A DNA stretch of 61,440 bases, filler included. It is 5 parts of 5 records of this genome, joined end to end, with 100 filler letters (N's around TTAATTAATTAA, not from the genome) between each part and the next. Parts side by side here need not be neighbours in the genome. Positions count along the whole stretch, not along the records: positions 1 to 12,219 come from DRR723986_12547; 4 more parts are not named here. The stretch is one strand, 5' to 3'. Every line of letters starts with the position of its first letter. The first letter of the stretch is position 1. Below the pieces are notes generated by a model. The model saw nothing but the letters and a program-made list of their open reading frames with translations. It was not told the DNA's origin and ran no database searches. Below are positions 1-8,729 of this stretch, piece by piece. The translations under genes were made by a program, and so were the position numbers.

Positions 1-9
1 CGGTGGGGA

Positions 10-52
10 GGACCCCTTGATCACGCAAAAGTACGCCCAATTCGGAACAAGC
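10..52 (-). repeat. Contig-end motif shared with 46651-46693; promoter-like on minus strand (TACTTTTG fits Bacteroidota -7 element TAnnTTTG)
   Basis: GGACCCCTTGATCACGCAAAAGTA (10-33) is identical to 46651-46674; 37/43 identity ungapped out to AACAAGC. Confidence 0.75.
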
Positions 53-175
53 ACAACCAGCGATCACCACAAGCCATTACAAATCAACAACTTACAGCCA
101 CACCCGCTAATCCGCTCGCACGCCAACAAACGTCAAACCCCAAACTTTTCTTCCACAATCCTCACATCAATTCCC

Positions 176-955
176 TCAGCCCCCAGAATGAATCCGCGCA
201 GTAATAGCACGCACCAGACGCCGCGGCAGAAAGCGCATCATAAATACACTCAACCTGTTGATCCAGCCCGAAACGACTAGCGGGCGGCCGGCACAAAAAG
301 CGCGCATCCCCACCTTGGCAACCGCCTCCGAAGTCTGTGCCACCACATTAAACAAACCATCTGTACGAATGCCCGCTATAGCTGCAAACTCCGAGTGCGT
401 TGGACCCGGTGCCAAACAGGTCACCGTTACTCCGCTGCCGCGCAACTCCGTGCTGAGAGCTTCAGAAAGCGATAAAACGTAGGCCTTGCTGGCGTAATAA
501 CTCGCCAGGTATGGACCGGCCTGAAATGCGGCAATCGACGCGACGTTCAGAATTCCACCGCGGCCCTGAGCAAGCATATGCGGCAGAAACACATGGCACA
601 GCTCCGTGAGTGCAGTAACGTTAAGAGCCAGCAATTCGCTGTGACGTTCCAGTACAACATCTCCAAACGCACCACGTGCACCAAAAGCCGCATTGTTGAC
701 AAGCACGTCAACCGCAAGTCCCGCAGCCACAATCCTTTGATGCAAGTCCCGCGCCGCAAACGGCGCTGAAAGATCACAAGACATTACAGTGACGCTGATG
801 CTGCCCCACGCCTCAATCTCATCAGCCAGATGCTGCAATCGCTCCTCGCGCCGCGCCGTCAGAATCAGATCATATCCGCCCAGCGCAAATTCTATAGCTA
901 ATGCGCGGCCTATTCCAGCACTTGCGCCGGTGATCAATGCTAGCTGACGTGACAT
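176..955 (-). CDS. Short-chain dehydrogenase/reductase (DltE-like SDR)
   Basis: TGASAGIG nucleotide-binding motif, NNAAFG, catalytic YYASK (YxxxK); 259 aa. Confidence 0.93.
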   Translation of the reverse strand: MSRQLALITGASAGIGRALAIEFALGGYDLILTARREERLQHLADEIEAWGSISVTVMSCDLSAPFAARDLHQRIVAAGLAVDVLVNNAAFGARGAFGDVVLERHSELLALNVTALTELCHVFLPHMLAQGRGGILNVASIAAFQAGPYLASYYASKAYVLSLSEALSTELRGSGVTVTCLAPGPTHSEFAAIAGIRTDGLFNVVAQTSEAVAKVGMRAFCAGRPLVVSGWINRLSVFMMRFLPRRLVRAITARIHSGG

Positions 956-1229
956 TTAGAGCTTCTCCAGGCAGGACCTTTCTCAAATTGACAGTTGGGT
1001 GATTCCACGGATATGTGCCCACCTTGATGTATTGATTGCCCAAAAAGATTTGCTTAACTCGCATAAAAATGCAACTATCCAGCAATGACCGCGTAGCGGC
1101 GGAAGTTCGGAGCCCCTTTTAACCGCTGAATGCTGTGGCCGTCACGCCACCCTGGCCTATCAGAGGCTAACCGCTCAACTCCGTGCTAAATCACATTTGT
1201 CAACTTAACCGTAAAGCTTACCTACGCTT

Positions 1230-2846
1230 ATGCAAACAGCACGACTACTTCTTTCTGGAGTTGCTGCGTGCGCCATGCTCGGCCTGACACTGTTTGGTGC
1301 AACGAGTACGGCGCTGGCCACAAACTCCAATGAGACCGCTGAAAAGCAGGTCAATGTCAAAGTCATCACGACTGAAAATGGCTCGTCCGAAACTGTAGAT
1401 AAAATCCTAACGCTCGATCAGAATGCCTCGATTGAATCGATTTTGCGCCAAATGGGTGTAATCGATGAATTTGGTCAGATTGCAGAAGATGAAATTGTTG
1501 AAATCATCGTTCGCCGCACCAAAAAAGACAAAGTCGTTCAAGACCTCTCGGTTGCTCTTGAGCAAGAGCCGGCACCAGGCCCACCAGTAGAACGCCTGCC
1601 CGCCAGAGTCGGAACAGGATTCCTGGGTGTGAACATCGGTGGTGTCAAACCAGGCGGTGTTAACGGTGAAGGCGAAATCGTAAACGGCGTCCAGATTCGC
1701 TCGATCATTCCTAACACAGGCGCAGCCAACAGTGAACTTCGCGGTGGCGACGTTGTCGTTAGCATCGGCGGCATTCCAGTATCAAGCGTCAATCAAATGA
1801 TCAAAACAGTGCAGGCGCTCAAGCCAGGCACTACCGTAGAGATTCAGTACCTGCGCAACAATGAAGCCAAAACGACACAAGCCGTCCTGGGTACGCGCGC
1901 AGAACAGCTCAAAATCGAACGCATGCGCTCCATGGAACGCTGGCAGGAACGCGCCCGCGAGCTCGAAAAAATTAGCAGCACACGCCCTTTCCTGGGCGTG
2001 AGCGTCCAGCAAACCGAAGCCGGTGAGTCTGTAATTGCAAAAGTGCATCCAAACACCGCTGCTGCTGAAATGGGCATCCAGGCTGAAGACAAAGTCCTGA
2101 GCATCAATGGCCAGGAACTTGGCACCGGCAAACCGCTCGGCTCCGTTCTGCGCTCCGTGACCAAAGTCGGTGAACCCGTAACGATCACCGTCGAACGCGA
2201 CGGCACGGTCCAGACGCTGAACGGTACCATGAAAAGCCGCAGCGCAAACTTCAAGTCCAACCACTTTTTCAGTAATAGCGACTCCGAAAAACTGCAGAAG
2301 TACTCGCTGAAAATGGCAGAACTGAATATGGAAGAAGCTTCAGAAAGTCTGCGCAAACTCGCAGGTGACCTGAAGAACTTTTATGTGGCGCCCGCTCCGC
2401 ATGCGGCAGATTTCCCAGACCATCCTCCAGTTCCGCCGGTCACCTATTTCACACCTAAAGCTCCAGTCGCACCAGTTGCTCCAGACGCCGAAGTCATTCG
2501 CGAAGTCCGCGTGCGCATCGCATTGCTCGACCTCGAGCCGGCAGAAGCTGATGTACTCAGCCGCCAAACCGGTGAAGCGCCAAACGGACTGCAGGTTCAA
2601 GACCTCTCGCTCTTCCCCAATCCAAGTGATGGTCGTTTTCAACTGAAATTCGATCTGCCGGGTGATGGGCTCAGCGCCGTCAAAATCTTTGACGTCCAGG
2701 GCAACGAAATCTACGCCGAAACGCTCAACGGCGTCGATGGCAACTACGAACGCATGATCGACATCAGCGACAAGTCGGAAGGTGCATACTTCCTGCAAGT
2801 CACACGCAATGGCCAGTCTTTTACCAAGAAGCTTATCATCAACTAA
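1230..2846 (+). CDS. Secreted protein with two PDZ domains and a T9SS type A C-terminal sorting domain
   Basis: Signal peptide; PDZ motifs GFLGVNI...GDVVVSIGG and PFLGVSV...EDKVLSING; Pro-rich linker; C-terminal LFPNPSDGRF...GAYFLQV...TKKLIIN. Confidence 0.85.
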   Translation: MQTARLLLSGVAACAMLGLTLFGATSTALATNSNETAEKQVNVKVITTENGSSETVDKILTLDQNASIESILRQMGVIDEFGQIAEDEIVEIIVRRTKKDKVVQDLSVALEQEPAPGPPVERLPARVGTGFLGVNIGGVKPGGVNGEGEIVNGVQIRSIIPNTGAANSELRGGDVVVSIGGIPVSSVNQMIKTVQALKPGTTVEIQYLRNNEAKTTQAVLGTRAEQLKIERMRSMERWQERARELEKISSTRPFLGVSVQQTEAGESVIAKVHPNTAAAEMGIQAEDKVLSINGQELGTGKPLGSVLRSVTKVGEPVTITVERDGTVQTLNGTMKSRSANFKSNHFFSNSDSEKLQKYSLKMAELNMEEASESLRKLAGDLKNFYVAPAPHAADFPDHPPVPPVTYFTPKAPVAPVAPDAEVIREVRVRIALLDLEPAEADVLSRQTGEAPNGLQVQDLSLFPNPSDGRFQLKFDLPGDGLSAVKIFDVQGNEIYAETLNGVDGNYERMIDISDKSEGAYFLQVTRNGQSFTKKLIIN

Positions 2847-2974
2847 TGCATTTTTTGCAGCCTGGTGAGCAGCTTTACGGCTAAAAGAAATTGAAGTCGG
2901 ATCACAAGCCGATGATTGAAGACGTGGCACGAGGCTACACTCAGCCATACACTTTTCAGACAAGTGTGAAATCA

Positions 2975-3007
2975 GGTGCGTCGGCAGCGGTCGGCACACC
3001 TTTTTTT
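2975..3007 (+). terminator. Rho-independent terminator after PDZ/T9SS gene
   Basis: GGTGCGTCGGC-AGCG-GTCGGCACACC imperfect stem followed by T7. Confidence 0.65.
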
Positions 3008-3080
3008 GTGCCCTGCCGAATTCTCAAGTCAAAGTCACCGCCGGCTATTACGGCGCTTCACTCGCAGCCATTACCGGGTT

Positions 3081-3266
3081 CTAGTGCAAGCGTGGATCTA
3101 ATTCGCCGGTGCCGCCACACTTGCGGCATTCTTCCTTCATACGCGTGCCTTCATACCAACCGCGCCCATTACACGCGGGACAGCGGAAACGCATCTTATG
3201 GACAATTCTAGTCACAGCATAAGTAGCTGCAGCAACAGCAGCCAGCAGGATTATCCAGCGCACCAT
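3081..3266 (-). CDS. Small membrane-anchored protein with DnaJ-type zinc finger
   Basis: N-terminal hydrophobic helix, then CPACNGRG and CRKCGGTG (two CxxCxGxG); GGGAG upstream of ATG. Confidence 0.75.
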   Translation of the reverse strand: MVRWIILLAAVAAATYAVTRIVHKMRFRCPACNGRGWYEGTRMKEECRKCGGTGELDPRLH

Positions 3267-3452
3267 AAATCGACGACTCCCTCAAGTACAGTCCAGAAAT
3301 TCTCAGATAATGCTGATTGTTAATGGCGGTAAGCCCGGAACTTCATGACTGACGGGGAAATTTCGCAAAACGTTTAAAAGCAAACAATCCAACCGTTTGC
3401 ACGATCAGATTGTCTGCAGGTCGAGAAATTGTCGCTACAAAATCAGAGCAGA

Positions 3453-3821
3453 TCAGCCTTGGGAGTGGAATGCAACTTTGTTGCCTTCCGTGTCCATGAA
3501 GATCGCGAAATAGCCGATTTCATCGGTGATTTTGGTCTTGGGCATCAAGACTTTTCCGCCGGAGTTTTCCACGCGGTTCAGAGGCGCGGTCAGGTCATCA
3601 CCACCGTTCAGAAAAATCAGTGCACCTTCGGCCGAAGGTGTGTAGCCTTCGCCGGCTACAACTGCGCCGGAGACTCCACCTTCACCATATGGGAAAAATG
3701 CCATTTGATTTCCCATCATATCTTGAGCATGCAGGTCGGCAGCGAGAACGTCGGAGTAGAACTTCTTGGCGCGGTCAAAGTTAGCCGCCGGGATTTCAAA
3801 CCAGTTGATGGCGTTTGCCAT
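3453..3821 (-). CDS. VOC family (glyoxalase/bleomycin-resistance-like) protein
   Basis: NWFEIP...RAKKFY and GYFAIFMDTEGNKVAFHS motifs; 122 aa. Confidence 0.9.
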   Translation of the reverse strand: MANAINWFEIPAANFDRAKKFYSDVLAADLHAQDMMGNQMAFFPYGEGGVSGAVVAGEGYTPSAEGALIFLNGGDDLTAPLNRVENSGGKVLMPKTKITDEIGYFAIFMDTEGNKVAFHSQG

Positions 3822-4006
3822 GAGTGTATTTCCTAAATAAATTGAACGAAGAAAGCCGGAGTTACAGCGGTCAATCTAGCTCCAATTGCAAGCCCCATAA
3901 AAACAAATTCGCAGCATTTCGTAGGCTTCCAAGGCCAACTTTGATGCTGATAATCGCTGATATTTACGCATTTTAAGCGTTTTGAGCACAATCAAACGTA
4001 AAATTC

Positions 4007-5524
4007 ATGCCGCGTAATACGGACCTCTTTGATCTGATTAAAAGCATGACGCCGGCCGAAAAGCGTCAGCTGCGCCTCTCCGCCGCCAACCGCAGCGAAG
4101 CCGCGAACTACCTGCTGCTCTTTGATGCCATTGAAGCTCAAGCACAGTACGACGAGGCCGCACTCCGCACGCAGTTTGCCGATAAAACCTTCGTCCGCCA
4201 GCTACACGTCACCAAAAACTACCTGTGGCGCCAAATCATGAAGTGCCTGCGTCCCCGTTACGGCGCTGCATCACGCCAGCACGAAATTCGCGATCTGGTC
4301 TACGAAGCGGAGATTCTCTACGATCGCGAATTATTTGACCAATGTGGCAAAGTCCTGCAGCGCGCCGAAAAACTAGCACGCGAATTTGAGTGTTTCGCTG
4401 AATTACTTAACGTTCTGAGCTGGAAACGCAAGTTAACAATCCAAACCTCCACAGTCGGTTACCATCGCAACTCACTCGTGGACGTCATCGAACAGGAGCG
4501 CGAGTTAATTAACAAACTCGAAAACTTAAACCAGTACAGCTGGCTCTCAGCCAACATCTACGATGTGATTGATCAGGAACGCGAAGATCCTGCGGCACCG
4601 AATGTCAAACACAGCCTCGGCCTCTTAAAATCTGCCGAAGGCGCAACAAGTATTAACGCGCGCATTCTCTATTATTATTCTGTGCAGACTTATGCTTTCT
4701 TCCAAAATGATCACGACCGTGCTTGTGTGGCCATAGAATCACAAATTGAGATGCTTGACGATAACCCGCGTTACGTCCGCGAATATCCACGCGCATACGT
4801 CACCACTTTAACAAACTACGCGGCAATTCTTCTGCACCTGCAGCGCTACAACAAGTTTAAGTCCATCCTGCAGCGCATCCGCGAACTACCCGACGAACTG
4901 CGTTGGAAGGACCGCAGCCCAACGATGGTCAAAGCTTTGCTTCAGACTTACAATCTGGAGCTGGAGATGTATCGCGATCTGGGTGAGAACGAGCGCGGCC
5001 TGCAATTGGAGGACGTAGTTAACTCTCTACTCAAACGCTTTAAAGTTGCAGCCGCAATGGACTACCACATGCTGTTTGCATATCAGTTTGCGTATTTAAG
5101 CTTCAGGCAGGGGCAATACACCGACGCGCTCGACCACCTCAACCGTCTATTTAACCAGGGCGCACCGGCCGGGCGCATGGACGTAGCCTCTTACGGCCAC
5201 CTGCTCCGTTTAATCATCTACTTTGAGCTGGGCCACATTACGGTTCTGAAGTATGCAATCGAGCCCTATCGCCGTTTCCTTAAAAAACGCAAAACGCCAA
5301 TGCAGTTCGAGCATCAAATGTTAAAGTTCTTTGCCCGCATCTGCCAGGCGCCACCGGACGAATACAGCGACATCATGTTAACACTTTGGGAAACGTTTTT
5401 CAACAAGGACTCAGGCCTGGCCATTAAACACGCTGCCAGTTTCGCGCGCTTCACAGACTTCCTCAATATTCGCTTGTGGCTGGAGGATAAGTTGGACGGC
5501 AAGTTGCCCCACAACTCACCCTGA
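4007..5524 (+). CDS. Hypothetical all-helical (TPR-like) protein of a Bacteroidota-type family
   Basis: 505-aa ORF; N-terminal DLFDLIKSMTPAEKR..YLLLFDAI pattern; amphipathic helical repeats; no signal peptide. Confidence 0.8.
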   Translation: MPRNTDLFDLIKSMTPAEKRQLRLSAANRSEAANYLLLFDAIEAQAQYDEAALRTQFADKTFVRQLHVTKNYLWRQIMKCLRPRYGAASRQHEIRDLVYEAEILYDRELFDQCGKVLQRAEKLAREFECFAELLNVLSWKRKLTIQTSTVGYHRNSLVDVIEQERELINKLENLNQYSWLSANIYDVIDQEREDPAAPNVKHSLGLLKSAEGATSINARILYYYSVQTYAFFQNDHDRACVAIESQIEMLDDNPRYVREYPRAYVTTLTNYAAILLHLQRYNKFKSILQRIRELPDELRWKDRSPTMVKALLQTYNLELEMYRDLGENERGLQLEDVVNSLLKRFKVAAAMDYHMLFAYQFAYLSFRQGQYTDALDHLNRLFNQGAPAGRMDVASYGHLLRLIIYFELGHITVLKYAIEPYRRFLKKRKTPMQFEHQMLKFFARICQAPPDEYSDIMLTLWETFFNKDSGLAIKHAASFARFTDFLNIRLWLEDKLDGKLPHNSP

Positions 5525-5584
5525 GGCTTGAGCGCTGCGCCGCTTCATTAACATTTCGCCGGCTTACTTTTTGCTTTTGTTAGG
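5525..5584 (+). repeat. Intergenic repeat family, copy 1
   Basis: GGCTTGAGCGCTGCGCC...GGCTTACTTTTT..TTTTGTTAGG matches 11714-11773 and, reverse-complemented, 46794-46842. Confidence 0.8.
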
Positions 5585-5884
5585 CGCCGGGTCAAAAACC
5601 ACAAGGCAAAGAGACAGATTCAAAACGCACATTTCCGATTGCGCAAGACTTAAGAAATGCATACAAGCTTTAAGGCTATGACCACAAGAAAAGGAGACAA
5701 ACACAATTCACTATGTGCGGTGTTCAGATGGCAACCAGTTCAACGAAAACTGACAAGTCCAGGAGTCCATCAGACTAACAAAAAGGCGTCAAACCAGCGC
5801 GCCCCAAATCCATACGATTTTCAGTAAAACACAAGACCAAATCCCCGCGTATAGCAGCCGTAATACGCACCCTGCCCCAAGACT

Positions 5885-5954
5885 CAAACATCCTAGACCA
5901 AAACTCCCAACGGAACTGTTCAATCCCTCAACGGACAAGATTCCGGATTTAACG
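5885..5954 (+). repeat. 70-bp imperfect direct repeat, copy 1
   Basis: Ungapped match to 6208-6277 with 12 mismatches; first 17 nt CAAACATCCTAGACCAA identical. Confidence 0.85.
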
Positions 5955-6115
5955 CATCAAATTCATCTAGCGAAAAGTTTTGTGCAGCAAACGTGAATTC
6001 TCTGCCGCTGGAGCCTCAAAAACCGACCTGTTGCGCGGCGCAATTTTTCAATGCAAATGCTTTCAGTGGAGCCGTTAATGCGGTCAGCGGGCCTGAGTTC
6101 GGTTTGTGCGGACCA

Positions 6116-6166
6116 AAATTTTTGAGTCAAAAATTTCCGACCACCATCCAGCCCTAAGGGCTGGAT
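6116..6166. repeat. Two adjacent perfect palindromes (REP-like)
   Basis: AAATTTTTGA-G-TCAAAAATTT (6116-6136) and ATCCAGCCC-TAA-GGGCTGGAT (6146-6166). Confidence 0.75.
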
Positions 6167-6207
6167 CCCGTTTTTTTGAAGGCAGCCTCCAGACCTGCCG
6201 CCAACCC

Positions 6208-6277
6208 CAAACATCCTAGACCAATACTCTCAGCGGAGCACCTCAATCACTCAACGGACCAGACTTCGGGTTTAACG
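6208..6277 (+). repeat. 70-bp imperfect direct repeat, copy 2
   Basis: Matches 5885-5954. Confidence 0.85.
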
Positions 6278-6539
6278 GGTCCAAAATGTGCGGCGTAAGC
6301 CCCACGTCCCGCCCACGTCCCGCACTGGGCCGCTGGGCCTCGATGCCGGGCTATTGGCTTCAGTATTTTGGGCATTTTTCTGCCGCCGGAGGCGGCCGCT
6401 GTCAACGTAAATTCTCGTCGTTCCTGACAGACTTTTGCGTCCTCACTCTGTGCAAAACAAGAACATCAATACAGCCTGAGCCCGCAGTGAAACAAGGAGC
6501 TCAAAGCGCGACTTAAACAAATTGAGAATCTGTTAACAA

Positions 6540-8639
6540 CTAGTCCAGCATCGTTTTGTGTTCGTAACACCAAACCCAGGTTTCGCCCGGCTCTATCGAT
6601 CGGATTAAAGGGTGTGAACTCGCTGCAGCATGTTTGCTGGCATGACGGTTAATTGAGTCGTCGCAGCAGCCAACGTGGCCACAGGTTAAACAAACGCGCA
6701 AATGCACCCACTCATCTCCGCTTTCCAGGCACTCCTCGCAGCCGTCGGTACGCGGAACTACATGCAGTTCAGATTGTAAGTGTGAACAACGTTGTTGGTT
6801 TTCGGAACTCGGTTCCACATGGATCATACTTTCCGTGTCAACGCGCGTACTGGCACCATGACGACGCGGCAAAGGTTGCGGATCGTTGTCCGTATTATCC
6901 AGAATCGCGGCATAATTGTCGGCGCGAATACGTAAGACTTCGCTCGTAATCGAGGCTTCGGTGACACCATAATCGCGCAGAAGCTCAGCGAAAAGTTGAA
7001 CAACACTTTCGTGCTCTTCGGCAATTACACAGTTGGCTCCGGCTTCATGCAGATGTGCGACCTCAGAAACATAACGCGTACGCGCCACTATCCGCAGCTG
7101 AGGGTTCATTGCACGGGCCACACCGACGATGTGCGCAGTTGTCTCGGGTTTGTCATCTGCAATTACGAGCGTACGCGCCACACTTGCGCCGGCGCGCTGC
7201 AGCGTCATGTTTTTGGTTGAGTCGCCACGCAGCACCGGCAGTCCCTGAGACTCGGCTTCGTCCGCCGCCGCCGGGCTGAGAGTGATAATCACGTAGGGAA
7301 CATCGGCATTGCGCAGTACGTGCACAAGATGGCGCGCCGCATTGCCAAAACCTGCAATAATAATGTGATCGCTAAGGTTAGTATGCCCTTTGCTCGGTGC
7401 GGCCTCTTCGACCTCCTCCATCTTTTCTGCCACTTTGTCCTCGGTGCGGCGGCGCAAATACTCCGCGCCGCGCCCACCGGCTATGCGCAGAAATGGTGTA
7501 GCAACCATCAGCGTTACGGCCGAAGCAATAAAGACCTGTGAGCCCAAACCTTCCATCCCAGCCGGAAACAATCCCGCGTCGCGGCCCACACGTTCCAGTA
7601 CAAACGCAAATTCACCGATTTGTGCCAGCAGCATGCTCGAAGCAAAAACAACGGGAATACTGTAGCCCAGGGCACGTGCACTCAGTGCCGTTGTAAAGAA
7701 TTTAATCAGGAATACCACCACAACACAGCCAAGGACCAGAGGCAGGTTTGCCAGCAGGAAACTGACGTCCAGCAACATACCAACCGACACAAAGAATGTG
7801 GCGCTGAAGATAATTTGTAGCGGCATGATTTCGCTGATAGCGTGTTCGCTGAAGCGGCTTTCACTGACGATCAAGCCGGCCAGAAAAGCGCCGAGTGAAA
7901 GACTCACATCCGCCAGACTCGTCAGATACGCCGTGCCGAGGCAAATCCCGATTACCGTCAGCAGGAATAACTCGGGCGAGCAGGTGCGCGCCACGGCTTC
8001 CAGCAGCTTAGGCATAAGTCGGCGGGCCACCATCAGAACCAGCACGATAATGACGCCGGCTTTGATTAGTGCAATCACGATGTCCAGCGGCGAACCACCG
8101 CCGCCACCCAGGAATGGCACGAGCATAACCATGACGATGATGGCTAAATCCTGAAAGATCAGCAGGCCCAAACCCACCTGACCTTGCTCAGTATTCATCT
8201 CACCCTGATTGTTGAGCACCTTAAGGACAATCGCCGTCGAAGAAAGCGCAACTAAGAATCCAGTGAAAACACCTGCCTGCCAGGGAACGTCAAACATCAG
8301 CAGAATTCCCGTCACCACCAGGGTCACCAGGCCCACCTGCAGGCCACCGCCGCCAAATATCAGGCGCTGTATTCGCGCCAGCTTGTCGAGGCTGAATTCG
8401 ATCCCGATCGTGAACAGCAGTAAAATGATACCAACTTCGGCAGCGGCATCAACCAACTCCTGGTCCTGGACAAGGCCCAGGCCCATCGGTCCGATGACAA
8501 CTCCGGCAAGCAAAAAACCAACAATTGGCAGGATGCCTATCCGCTGGCAGACAAAAGCAATCAATGCACCGGCGATGATCAACGCGGCGATTTCAACGAA
8601 AAAATCGGGCGCAGCGCCCGCAGCGAGAAATATATTCAT
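6540..8639 (-). CDS. CPA2 (KefB/KefC-like) cation:proton antiporter with TrkA-N/KTN domain and C-terminal UBP-type zinc finger
   Basis: About 13 TM segments with LSSTAIV, IFQD and QIGEFAFV; KTN GFGNAAR...GDST; C-terminal CSHL...CEEC...WVHLRVCLTCGHVGCCDDS..RHASKH...EPGETWVWCY. Confidence 0.9.
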   Translation of the reverse strand: MNIFLAAGAAPDFFVEIAALIIAGALIAFVCQRIGILPIVGFLLAGVVIGPMGLGLVQDQELVDAAAEVGIILLLFTIGIEFSLDKLARIQRLIFGGGGLQVGLVTLVVTGILLMFDVPWQAGVFTGFLVALSSTAIVLKVLNNQGEMNTEQGQVGLGLLIFQDLAIIVMVMLVPFLGGGGGSPLDIVIALIKAGVIIVLVLMVARRLMPKLLEAVARTCSPELFLLTVIGICLGTAYLTSLADVSLSLGAFLAGLIVSESRFSEHAISEIMPLQIIFSATFFVSVGMLLDVSFLLANLPLVLGCVVVVFLIKFFTTALSARALGYSIPVVFASSMLLAQIGEFAFVLERVGRDAGLFPAGMEGLGSQVFIASAVTLMVATPFLRIAGGRGAEYLRRRTEDKVAEKMEEVEEAAPSKGHTNLSDHIIIAGFGNAARHLVHVLRNADVPYVIITLSPAAADEAESQGLPVLRGDSTKNMTLQRAGASVARTLVIADDKPETTAHIVGVARAMNPQLRIVARTRYVSEVAHLHEAGANCVIAEEHESVVQLFAELLRDYGVTEASITSEVLRIRADNYAAILDNTDNDPQPLPRRHGASTRVDTESMIHVEPSSENQQRCSHLQSELHVVPRTDGCEECLESGDEWVHLRVCLTCGHVGCCDDSINRHASKHAAASSHPLIRSIEPGETWVWCYEHKTMLD

Positions 8640-8729
8640 TGTGGAGAGGGAATAAGACCGTGGCCGACAAACTGTAACTAGTCCGGCAACTTAGTGGCGC
8701 GCCGGACCAATTGCAAGTGCAGCGGATAC

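Noticed and set aside
17..280. ORFs starting MITQKY (17-280 and 46658-46912) as a paralogous protein pair
   Set aside because: Similarity is limited to the shared DNA motif; the rest is low-complexity translation of C/A-rich DNA.
5885..6277. 70-bp repeat pair as a DGR template/variable repeat
   Set aside because: Mismatches are not adenine-specific (only 5 of 12 are at A in copy 1), neither copy lies in a credible gene, and there is no reverse transcriptase.
3453..8639. Glyoxalase-Kef methylglyoxal defence system
   Set aside because: The VOC protein does not look like glyoxalase I and is separated from the antiporter by another gene and 1 kb of repeats.
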